This document shows, one piece after another, positions 28,242-36,450 of a stretch of DNA of 64,000 bases. The DNA lies in assembly GCA_041641305.1 (NCBI GenBank), contig JBEPYN010000001.1, positions 224,001 through 288,000 on the forward strand, read 5' to 3'. Below the pieces are notes generated by a model. The model was not told the origin of the DNA. It did no database searches and saw only the letters and a program-made list of their open reading frames with translations. Numbering within the stretch: the first letter of the stretch is position 1; the number at the start of each line of letters is the position of its first letter. This DNA is from Nitrososphaerota archaeon. Lineage in GTDB: Archaea; Thermoproteota; Nitrososphaeria_A; Caldarchaeales; Caldarchaeaceae. Position numbers and translations under genes: made by a program.

Positions 28242-29812
28242 CCGTGGTTACCGTGGAGAAAGCCCAGCCCAAGCCATGGTATAAGAGCCTTTACCAGATA
28301 CTTTCGACGACCAACCACGCCCACATAGGGATGCTCTACATCGCCGCATCCTATATCTTCCTCGTGATAGGCGGGCTGCTGGCCCTGCTGATACGATTTG
28401 AGCTCGCCACTCCTCAGGGCAACCTGGTGGACTCCAACACCTACTCATCACTCTTCACAATACATGGAACCCTGATGATCTTTTTCTGGGCCATGCCAGT
28501 ATTCGCCGGCCTTGGCAACTACCTCATCCCCAAGATGATAGGGGCCCCTGACATGTATTATCCCAAGCTCAACGCCCTCAGCTTCTGGCTGTTTCTGGCA
28601 GCCGGTGTCCTGCTTATCTCGAGCTGGACAAACATAGGCTGGACAGGCTACGCAACACTCTCTGTGATTGAGCCGAGTCTTGGGGTTGACCTTTGGATAT
28701 TGAGCCTTCATGTGGCGGGGACGTCGTCGATGGTGGGAGCGCTAAACTTCATCGTAACCACTTGGCGGCTTAGACGTGTCGACATGGGATGGTGGAAACT
28801 CCCGCTCTTCGTCTGGTCATGGGTTGTCACAGCATTCATCATAATTTTCGCCGTTCCCCCGCTCGCATTCGGCTTAACCATGCTATTGCTCGACAGAAAC
28901 CTCGGCACAGGTTTCTATCTCCCCGCGCAAGGCGGCGACCCAATACTCTGGCAGCATCTCTTCTGGTTCTTCGGACACCCCGAGGTCTACATACTGGTCA
29001 TCCCCGCCATGGGCATAATATCTGAAATACTGCCTCGACTCGTCAAGAAACCCATAGTAGGATACAGAATGATAGCGTTGTCATCGGTTCTAATCGCTGT
29101 ACTCAGCTTCGGCGTATGGGCTCATCACATGTTAACCACTGGGTTATCTCCTTTGACGCTTGCGCCATTCATGATAATGACGATGCTTGTCGCGATTCCA
29201 TCGGGCGTTAAAGTGGTTAACTGGGAGGCAACCATATGGGGTGGAAAAATACGATATAACACACCCACGATATTCACTCTCTCGTTCATCGCCACCTTCA
29301 TCGTGGGCGGGATCACAGGGGTATTCCAGCCAGCAGTTCCAGTGGACTGGCATCTTCACGACACCTACTGGGTCGTTGGACACATGCACTTCATCCTATT
29401 CGGAGCCATCTCACAAGCAGCTTTCGCCGCGACCTACTACTACTTCCCATACCTAACCAAGAGAATGTACAGCGAATCTCTGGGAAAAATACACGCAATA
29501 ACGGCTAACATCGGACAATACCTTGTCTTCATGTCTATGATGATCCTCGGACTTATGGGCATGCCCCGCCGCTATTACAGCTATGTGCCCGAGTACCAGC
29601 CCTGGCATGTAGTAGCCTCAATTGGAGCTTTTCTCATAGGCGTAGGCACAGCCATCTTCTTGGTCAACATGCTGATGAGCTGGAAGTTCGGGCCCAAAGC
29701 CGACCCTGACCCGTGGCAGGCAACCAAGAACAACATGCCAGACTTCCCCGGAGAATATCTTAACGAATTGGATAAGACTCGGCAACAGGTGGTTAAAGCT
29801 GAAGCACATTGA
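28238..29812 (+). CDS. coxA: Heme-copper oxidase subunit I, A1 type
   Basis: HG..M, D-channel GAPDM..PKLN, WFFGHPEVY, WAHHM, K-channel PSGVK, HDTYWVVGHMH, GMPRR. Confidence 0.96.
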   Translation: MTVVTVEKAQPKPWYKSLYQILSTTNHAHIGMLYIAASYIFLVIGGLLALLIRFELATPQGNLVDSNTYSSLFTIHGTLMIFFWAMPVFAGLGNYLIPKMIGAPDMYYPKLNALSFWLFLAAGVLLISSWTNIGWTGYATLSVIEPSLGVDLWILSLHVAGTSSMVGALNFIVTTWRLRRVDMGWWKLPLFVWSWVVTAFIIIFAVPPLAFGLTMLLLDRNLGTGFYLPAQGGDPILWQHLFWFFGHPEVYILVIPAMGIISEILPRLVKKPIVGYRMIALSSVLIAVLSFGVWAHHMLTTGLSPLTLAPFMIMTMLVAIPSGVKVVNWEATIWGGKIRYNTPTIFTLSFIATFIVGGITGVFQPAVPVDWHLHDTYWVVGHMHFILFGAISQAAFAATYYYFPYLTKRMYSESLGKIHAITANIGQYLVFMSMMILGLMGMPRRYYSYVPEYQPWHVVASIGAFLIGVGTAIFLVNMLMSWKFGPKADPDPWQATKNNMPDFPGEYLNELDKTRQQVVKAEAH

Positions 29813-29834
29813 CGCCGCCGGCATCGACGAAGCC

Positions 29835-30059
29835 GTGAAGAGATACCAGACAACAGCGGTCGTCGCAGCTATCCTCGTCCACTTCTTCATCTTCATAACA
29901 GCCATAGTAGTCATAGTCATCCTCAAACAGCCCCTGCCCGTGTTTATCGCCACGCATGTAACGCTACAAATATTAACGATCCTAAACGCCCTTTTCGGAC
30001 ACAGGCTATACCGCAAATATCTCCTAGCCAAAAAAACAAACCGTGTGATGGTAAACTAA
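29835..30059 (+). CDS. Small 2-TM protein, possible oxidase accessory subunit
   Basis: Two hydrophobic helices and a basic tail, directly after coxA. Confidence 0.5.
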   Translation: MKRYQTTAVVAAILVHFFIFITAIVVIVILKQPLPVFIATHVTLQILTILNALFGHRLYRKYLLAKKTNRVMVN

Positions 30060-30101
30060 TTACCTATTTATCTTAGTACGCTTCTTCATGGGTGAGCCTC
30101 C

Positions 30102-31010
30102 TTGGTTTTCGAGACAATAGCGCGAATAGTCAAGCCGATGGCAGTAGCCCTGAAACATGTTTTCATGCCCACTGTCACAATAAAGTATCCCTATGAAAAA
30201 ATCGTTAACACAACAGGTGAGAACTATCGCTACGACCCTAAGGCAAGCATAGCCTACCCAGGCTTCAAAGGCAGACACATTTTATATCTCGACAAATGCA
30301 CTGGCTGCAGCCTATGCGACATAGCCTGCCAAAACATCGCAGAAGCCATCATGATGGTTTACGGCTTCAACGTATCCCTCAAGCTTGACAAAAAGCTTGT
30401 AGATGACTATAGAAAAGGTGAGAAAGCGGCTGTAGACTTTGTCGAAAACCTTGTCACACGGCTGGGTGTAAACGGGCAAGGTGTTAGTAGAAACTCGCAT
30501 CCGGTTGTTGACGTGGTGTGGAATGATTTGAAGGCGTTGCAGCAGGCGGGAGATGGTTATGAGTGGAGGCTCAACGCTGAACCCATCTACACATACAGGT
30601 CCGAGGCGGTTCTTGAAGCATACTTCGACAGTTTCCTGAAATGGGCACGTGAAAGCGGATGGAGCGACCAAGTCATCGAGGTACAGGGCGCAGACAAAGA
30701 AGACGAATACCACAAACTATCAAACGGCTCCTATGAAGCGGTTTTAGCCGTAACAAAAATCGATGAAAAACTCGCTCACAACAAGAAATCATACTTCCCC
30801 GCTGTCGACTACGGCCGCTGCGTCTTCTGCGGCTTCTGCGTAGACGCATGCCCCTTCTACGCCCTCGAGATGACGACTGAGATCGAGCTCTCAGACACGG
30901 ATAGACGCTCGCTTTTCTACACACCCAAGAAACTCGCCAAACCCGGCGTCAGAGGGCCGCCGGCTGAGCTCGGCTGGATTGACAAACTTGTTACAGCTTT
31001 GAGAGGATAG
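30102..31010 (+). CDS. nuoI: Complex I subunit I (2x[4Fe-4S]) with a large internal insertion
   Basis: T.KYPYEK, FKGRH, CTGCSLCDIAC, DYGRCVFCGFCVDACP; SD GGTGA before TTG. Confidence 0.88.
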   Translation: MVFETIARIVKPMAVALKHVFMPTVTIKYPYEKIVNTTGENYRYDPKASIAYPGFKGRHILYLDKCTGCSLCDIACQNIAEAIMMVYGFNVSLKLDKKLVDDYRKGEKAAVDFVENLVTRLGVNGQGVSRNSHPVVDVVWNDLKALQQAGDGYEWRLNAEPIYTYRSEAVLEAYFDSFLKWARESGWSDQVIEVQGADKEDEYHKLSNGSYEAVLAVTKIDEKLAHNKKSYFPAVDYGRCVFCGFCVDACPFYALEMTTEIELSDTDRRSLFYTPKKLAKPGVRGPPAELGWIDKLVTALRG

Positions 31011-31012
31011 CC

Positions 31013-31369
31013 ATGGCCACGGAATTAACCCCCAAGGAGAGACCCGAAGCCCATGAGCTATTGAAGAAACTACGCCTCCTCGCAAAAACGCTTAGAACAT
31101 TCCTTGACACAGAGGACTTCACATATTTCGTCGAATCTGTCAAACTACATCAGGAAATCAAGGGCAACCCCCATTACCAACACTTGTCTGGACATTTGGA
31201 CCTCGACAACAACATGGAGCAACTCCAGAAAATATACGAAGCCGGAGGAGCCAACATGGATGACATGACCTTTGGACGCATGCTCGACCAAGTCGTCTAC
31301 ACAATCGTGAGAGCAAACATCGTCTCCACGGGGCTCGAGTTTAAGCTGAAAAGGATGAGAAAAGGCTAA
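31013..31369 (+). CDS. Hypothetical helical protein
   Basis: GAGG SD, starts 2 nt after the nuoI stop, protein-like composition. Confidence 0.7.
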   Translation: MATELTPKERPEAHELLKKLRLLAKTLRTFLDTEDFTYFVESVKLHQEIKGNPHYQHLSGHLDLDNNMEQLQKIYEAGGANMDDMTFGRMLDQVVYTIVRANIVSTGLEFKLKRMRKG

Positions 31370-32397
31370 GCTAGTATAGTTGGTAGGTAGATTGTTAGAC
31401 TCACGAGAAACAGGTTGATGAAGCCGAGAGGTATAAGGTATCGCCAGCCGAGGTCGAGGATTTTCCTGATTGTTATGCGGGTGTAGACGCCTCGGAACAT
31501 GAATACAATTGTCAGAAGTATAAGGAACTTTACGAAGACCCAGAAGGGCTGGAGAATTGTTTCGGGTACGCCGGGTATGGCTGGACCATGCCAGCCTCCG
31601 AGGTATAGGTCAACTGTGAGGAACAAGAGCGCGTCAAGCTTGGTGTACATGGCCAGCTGAATGCCGAGAAATCCTACTCCTCCGTACTCTACCATCCATC
31701 CCTCGACAAGCTCCTGCTCAGCCGTGGGAAGGTCGAAAGGTATCCTCTCCGCTTCGCTGACAGCTGCTATGAAGAAAACTAGAAAGCCTATGAACTGAGT
31801 AACAATAAACGGTAACGCATACTGTGCGTTGACAATATCGACTATGTCGAATGATCTTGCCGCGAGAATTACACCGGCCAACGCTATGAAGAGTGGTACC
31901 TCGTAGGCGAATATCTGGAAAGCGAACCTCAGCATGCCCACGAAGCTGTATTTGCTGCCCGCGGCCCACCCAGCGATAATCAATGGAATAGGTGTGAGAG
32001 CTATCAGCACGAAAACCAGTAGAACACCTATCTCGCTCCTGTAAATTACCCAGTACTCGCTGAATGGTAGGAAGGCGAAGAGGAGGGCTGATAGGAAAAG
32101 TGCTGTGAGCGGCATGGAGACGAACAGCTTTTTCTTAGCCCGTGCAGGGATGATAAACTCTTTTGAAAGGAATTTGACTGCGTCGGCGATTACCTGCAGC
32201 CATCCGCCGTACTTGCCAACGTGCAGTGGCCCGGGGCGGAGCATAATTCGTGCCAGAAGCTTTCTCTCATACCAGACGGATAATATTCCCAATACCGCTA
32301 CGAAGGTTGCTCCCGGGAAAACAGCGGCCTTGACGAAGCTCTCGCTAGCCAGAAACCTGACCAGCTCCTGTAATGGTGGAGGTAGGGCGACAACCAT
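31366..32397 (-). CDS. nuoH: Complex I subunit H
   Basis: ERK..AR...R.GP, Q.IAD..KF..KE, PFDLP.AEQELV.G...EY. Confidence 0.95.
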   Translation of the reverse strand: MVVALPPPLQELVRFLASESFVKAAVFPGATFVAVLGILSVWYERKLLARIMLRPGPLHVGKYGGWLQVIADAVKFLSKEFIIPARAKKKLFVSMPLTALFLSALLFAFLPFSEYWVIYRSEIGVLLVFVLIALTPIPLIIAGWAAGSKYSFVGMLRFAFQIFAYEVPLFIALAGVILAARSFDIVDIVNAQYALPFIVTQFIGFLVFFIAAVSEAERIPFDLPTAEQELVEGWMVEYGGVGFLGIQLAMYTKLDALLFLTVDLYLGGWHGPAIPGVPETILQPFWVFVKFLILLTIVFMFRGVYTRITIRKILDLGWRYLIPLGFINLFLVSLTIYLPTILA

Positions 32398-32401
32398 GGC
32401 T

Positions 32402-32776
32402 CTACAGCCTCTGCGGCAAATTCTTCAAGGTAACAGCGGCGTAGATCGATGAAACGCTTAGAACAGCTAGCAAAATCACCACGTTAAGGGCGGCTCCGGG
32501 GTTGTCGATAACAGCTGCAACCGAGAGAAAAACAGCCAACGCTATGACTGCATAGGCTATGTAGATAATCGCGTAGGGAAAATATTCAACTGGGAATGAT
32601 GACTCTGTCCAGCCGAATGGAACCTGGCCACTCTCGAAAGACAGCCTCTTCCTTCTCGTAGACCTTTTGGTGGAAAGTAGCTTAGACCCAATGATGAGGA
32701 GAATGGGCAGCAGCGCCGAGACAACCACGTATATGATGAGTGAGAGAGTGTCCGCCATCGGTTTATCGGCGTCCAT
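32402..32776 (-). CDS. nuoA: Complex I subunit A
   Basis: 3 TM, K..SFESG..P, EYF.YA; upstream of nuoH. Start may be ATG 32758. Confidence 0.85.
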   Translation of the reverse strand: MDADKPMADTLSLIIYVVVSALLPILLIIGSKLLSTKRSTRRKRLSFESGQVPFGWTESSFPVEYFPYAIIYIAYAVIALAVFLSVAAVIDNPGAALNVVILLAVLSVSSIYAAVTLKNLPQRL

Positions 32777-32797
32777 GGATTATTTAAACATGCGCGG

Positions 32798-34246
32798 CTA
32801 TATCACAAGTTTCGCCGAGAGGTAATTCTTGAGCTCCTCTATTTTCACTCGCTCCTGTTTCATAGTGTCTCTGTCCCGTACTGTTACCGTGTCATCTTCT
32901 ATGGTTTGGTAGTCGACTGTGACGCAGAAGGGTGTGCCTATCTCGTCCTGTCTCCTGTATCTCCTGCCTATGCTTCCTTTTTCGTCGTAGAAAGTGTCAA
33001 AATCCAGCTGCAGCATGGCGTGTACCCGTTGTGCAACCTCTGTTAGCTCAGGTTTGTCGAGTAGGGGGAAAACCGCCACGGTGTAAGGCGCTATATATGG
33101 GTGAAGACGAAGAACAGTTCTACCATTTTCCTCAACATATCCAAGCTCAAGTAATGCGAGAAGGCTTCTGTCAACACCCATAGAAAGCTCAAAGACATGA
33201 GGCAGGAAACTTTCTCCGTCTTCTGTTATACGGAGGTCTACGCCGCTAACTCTCTGATGCCCACCGAGGTCATAGTCGGTTCGGTTGTTGCAGGCGACGA
33301 GCTCCATCCACCCAGTCGAGGTAAGAACCTCGAGGTCCCAAGCCTCGGCTGCATAGAACGCCTTCTCATCATCGCCGAGCCTCCTGAACCTCAACCTATC
33401 GGAGCTTATACCCAAACGGAAGTAAAAGTCCTGCACTAGCCAAAGATAGTAGGCGACGAGCCAGCTCGAAACCAGGCCTTTCTCAACAGCTTGTCTACAT
33501 GTGACTTTTTCGACCCTTTCCCCAACCCACATGTTCAACTCTTTGCCGGCAACTTCTCTGGCTTTCGCGGGGTCGTTGGCTGTTCTTGGGTTGAAGAAAA
33601 CCTCTATCTCAGCCTGTGTAAACTCCCGCAGCCTGACAAGTGATTGACGAGGCGATATCTCGTTGCGAAAGCTTTTCCCGACCTGTGCCAGTGGAAGCGG
33701 TAGCTTCCGTCTCGAAATCTTGTAAATACGTGGAAAATCTATGAATATGTTTTGACATGTTTCGGGCCTAAGATATCCTTCGTCTCCTGATGCTCCCAGC
33801 GAAACACCGAACATCATGTTGAATAGGGATACCTTGTCCAGCTCGCCGCCGCAGGTTGGACAACGGAAACCATGCTCTGCAATAATTTCATCAATTTTCT
33901 CGGGCTGAGTACGTTCAGGAACCTTGATGCCGAGCTTCTCCTCCAGCAGCCTGTCAATTCTATAAACAGCTTTGCATGACCTGCATCTTGTTATTGGGTC
34001 GGCAAAGGTTGCAAGATGCCCAGAGGCAATGAACACTGCTTTGGGGAGAATCTGGGAGCCGTCTAAGAGAAGCATCTCATCCCTGCGAACCATTAGACGA
34101 TGCCAAGCGTCGATGAACTTGCGTTTGAGAAGAGCTCCGAGATGTCCGTATTCCCAGAAGCCGGCTGGAGACCCTGGGTAGATCTCCGCCGATGGAAAGA
34201 AAAACCCGCGCTCGAGACCAAGTTTAACAATTTCCTCGAGGCCCAT
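32798..34246 (-). CDS. glyS: Glycyl-tRNA synthetase (alpha2, archaeal/eukaryotic type)
   Basis: LRPETCQ, GKSFRNEISPR, REFTQAE.E, anticodon domain GSIGRRY.RQDEIGTP. Confidence 0.95.
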   Translation of the reverse strand: MGLEEIVKLGLERGFFFPSAEIYPGSPAGFWEYGHLGALLKRKFIDAWHRLMVRRDEMLLLDGSQILPKAVFIASGHLATFADPITRCRSCKAVYRIDRLLEEKLGIKVPERTQPEKIDEIIAEHGFRCPTCGGELDKVSLFNMMFGVSLGASGDEGYLRPETCQNIFIDFPRIYKISRRKLPLPLAQVGKSFRNEISPRQSLVRLREFTQAEIEVFFNPRTANDPAKAREVAGKELNMWVGERVEKVTCRQAVEKGLVSSWLVAYYLWLVQDFYFRLGISSDRLRFRRLGDDEKAFYAAEAWDLEVLTSTGWMELVACNNRTDYDLGGHQRVSGVDLRITEDGESFLPHVFELSMGVDRSLLALLELGYVEENGRTVLRLHPYIAPYTVAVFPLLDKPELTEVAQRVHAMLQLDFDTFYDEKGSIGRRYRRQDEIGTPFCVTVDYQTIEDDTVTVRDRDTMKQERVKIEELKNYLSAKLVI

Positions 34247-34257
34247 GTGGGCTCACG

Positions 34258-35022
34258 CTATACAACGGCTCTTCCGCAGTTGGGACATGTTCCGTTTATG
34301 TTTACGTAGGCGTCTAAACACCCCGAGTGAAACACGACGCCGCAGGATGAGCATTTGACAGCGTTTTCAGCCTCCACAGAGGTGTAGCAAATGGGGCAGA
34401 CAATCCCTTCCTCAACATCGCCAGCTACTTCGAAAGAGGTCGTCTCCAAAGACTGGGATGCTCCAGCCGTGGCCCCGCCCACTCCCCCGTAACTCTGATA
34501 AGGTATCTCGACGACCCGCGGCCGTGTCAGTAAAGCCACAATGCCGAGAGCGAGTATCACTACGGCCGAGAAAAGGGCGACGAAGAAACCTATCCCAGGC
34601 TCGCCGGCTACGCTAAGCGCCGGAACTCTGATGAACCCGAGATATAGGGGGGATACTAGGGCCATCCCACCTCCTAGTAGCGATAAGGCCACTAAAATTG
34701 TTCGCACGGACGTGACACGCTGGCTAAAAGATGTCACCAGCAAGGACAAACCAGCCAAAACACCCCCTAAAACGGATAGAAGCAGTGTCTCGGGCAATAT
34801 GTATCCGCTGAGGACAGAGGTGGAGACAGCGTCAGCCCTAACCGTGTACCATGGAAGAAGAAGCGTCAACACATGTACGCTGCCAGCCAAAGCCAGCACC
34901 GACCCTATCTGAAAAAACCGAATAAGCAACCGTCTCTCTGACACAACCATGCCGCTAAAAACCACATGCTCCACCATATAAAAACATGCCCTACGAGAAA
35001 CCCAAAAACTATCCTTGGCCAT
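34258..35022 (-). CDS. 4-TM membrane protein with C-terminal C4HC3 RING finger, putative membrane E3 ligase
   Basis: Four hydrophobic helices, a Gly/Ser linker, then C-x2-C-x11-C-x2-C-x4-H-x2-C-x10-C-x2-C. Confidence 0.8.
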   Translation of the reverse strand: MAKDSFWVSRRACFYMVEHVVFSGMVVSERRLLIRFFQIGSVLALAGSVHVLTLLLPWYTVRADAVSTSVLSGYILPETLLLSVLGGVLAGLSLLVTSFSQRVTSVRTILVALSLLGGGMALVSPLYLGFIRVPALSVAGEPGIGFFVALFSAVVILALGIVALLTRPRVVEIPYQSYGGVGGATAGASQSLETTSFEVAGDVEEGIVCPICYTSVEAENAVKCSSCGVVFHSGCLDAYVNINGTCPNCGRAVV

Positions 35023-35048
35023 TCTCCATCTAATACGACCAAGTAGAG

Positions 35049-35055
35049 TTTATAA
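35049..35055. promoter_or_regulatory. Candidate shared TATA box between divergent genes
   Basis: TTTATAA (palindromic TTATAA core) sits 24-27 nt from both ATG 35022 (-) and ATG 35079 (+). Confidence 0.5.
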
Positions 35056-35078
35056 CCACGTAGACCATCCTGTCACAC

Positions 35079-35912
35079 ATGGGTCTGCTCCCCAGAAAGT
35101 CCGACAGCTTGGCCGACCTCCGGAAAGAGGTGGCGGCCATACGGGTACAGGTTATAGAGAAACTTGAGGAAAGAATAAGTCTGCTCGAGGAGGCTTTGGC
35201 CAAGCTTAAAGAAGATGTCCGCCAGGTTCTTGAACAGGTTTCGTCTCCCCAGAGGACACTTTCATCGCTGCAATCCGTTGTGGAGAAAGCGTATCTACTT
35301 GATCAGGCGCTGGACTCGTACAAGGCTCTTACAGAGGAGGTTCGGTCCCTTAGTGAGAGTCTGCATGAGACGGCCGACCTTATTTCCAACCAACGGTCTG
35401 AACTGTTTAAGGAGACGCAGAGGCTTTTGCAGGAAAGGGAGAGTTTGTCGAGGCTTCGTGAGGAGGTGCTGAAGTGGCGTGAGGAGCTTGAGACCAAGGA
35501 GAAACAGATAGCGGAGGCCCAGGAGACGCTGAAGCAGCTTATCACCAAGAAGGAATCACTAGAGGCTGAGATAAATGTTCTGACGGAACGTTACTTTGCC
35601 GCGTTTGAGGAGGCTCAGAAAAAGCTGGAAAACTTCGGAAGGGAGATGGATAAGCTGTTCAAGTTGCGGGAGATACGGATGGAGAGGATGATACGTAGGG
35701 AGAGAGAGCTTGAGGAGCGTCTCGCCGAGCTGGAGAAAAGCAAGACCGAGGCCGAGGCCCTAATAGAAACATCCAACAAGCTCAGGGAAGAGGTCAAGAA
35801 GCTGGAGTCCCTTAAGGAGTCGCTGGCAAGAGAGATAGCTGATATGGAGAAACGGAGGAAGGAGCTTAACGAACTAATAACAGAGATGAGGCGCGCATTC
35901 CTGACATCATAG
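35079..35912 (+). CDS. Long coiled-coil protein
   Basis: E/K/R/L-rich heptads over nearly all 277 aa; no enzyme motif. Confidence 0.75.
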   Translation: MGLLPRKSDSLADLRKEVAAIRVQVIEKLEERISLLEEALAKLKEDVRQVLEQVSSPQRTLSSLQSVVEKAYLLDQALDSYKALTEEVRSLSESLHETADLISNQRSELFKETQRLLQERESLSRLREEVLKWREELETKEKQIAEAQETLKQLITKKESLEAEINVLTERYFAAFEEAQKKLENFGREMDKLFKLREIRMERMIRRERELEERLAELEKSKTEAEALIETSNKLREEVKKLESLKESLAREIADMEKRRKELNELITEMRRAFLTS

Positions 35913-36218
35913 CTTCAGCGCCTTCTTTATCTGGGCAACAGTGGCGGACAGCTCCCCAAGAGCGTTGAGAATCTCTCTAACGTCGTCGCTAAGCACCATC
36001 AGCTGCTCCTCTATGTATTTTAGCCTGCGCTCGAGGCCCTCGGGCACTTGGCTGCTCTCAGGCAGATTTTCCAGTCTCTCCTTCATCTTGTCAATCTCTT
36101 CTATAACCTCTGCGAGGACTTCGGCCAACTGTCGGACACCCTCGAACCTTGCGACCGCTCCTTTAGGCGTCTCCAGGTAATCCAGCTCAATAACTTTCTC
36201 GTTCTCTTCTCCACTCAT
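35907..36218 (-). CDS. Small coiled-coil protein, apparent last gene of the ubiquitin operon
   Basis: Starts 1 nt after the srfp stop; short beta-like N-terminus followed by heptads. Confidence 0.75.
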   Translation of the reverse strand: MSGEENEKVIELDYLETPKGAVARFEGVRQLAEVLAEVIEEIDKMKERLENLPESSQVPEGLERRLKYIEEQLMVLSDDVREILNALGELSATVAQIKKALKL

Positions 36219-36219
36219 T

Positions 36220-36450
36220 TCACATCTCTACCAACGGCCTTCGGCAAAGCGGGCACGTCTGCCTAACCACGAGCCAGTCATCGAAACAGGCCATGTGGCC
36301 AACTGCTCCACAGTGAGGACACGAATACGTTTTCTCATTCCCCATCTCCAGCCCACATATCACGCAACTCTCCTGCTTAAGCCGTTGCTTCTGCTCCTCA
36401 AACGGGTTCCAGAACCCTGCGTTAATCTCCTTAATTACCAGCCTCAACAA
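36220..36450 (-). CDS. srfp: Small RING finger protein (E3 ligase)
   Basis: CVIC-x11-CPHC-x4-H-x2-C-x10-CPLCRR with Trp in the central helix; overlaps the E1 end. Confidence 0.9.
   Translation of the reverse strand: MLRLVIKEINAGFWNPFEEQKQRLKQESCVICGLEMGNEKTYSCPHCGAVGHMACFDDWLVVRQTCPLCRRPLVEM

Noticed and set aside
30360-30783. NuoI insertion as an intein (ends ...AHN)
   Set aside because: The next residue is Lys, not Cys/Ser/Thr; there is no N-terminal Cys/Ser; and NKK belongs to the host motif.
35079-35912. SMC/Rad50 or bona fide ESCRT-III call
   Set aside because: No Walker motifs, zinc hook or recognisable Snf7 core; generic coiled coils cannot be assigned by eye.
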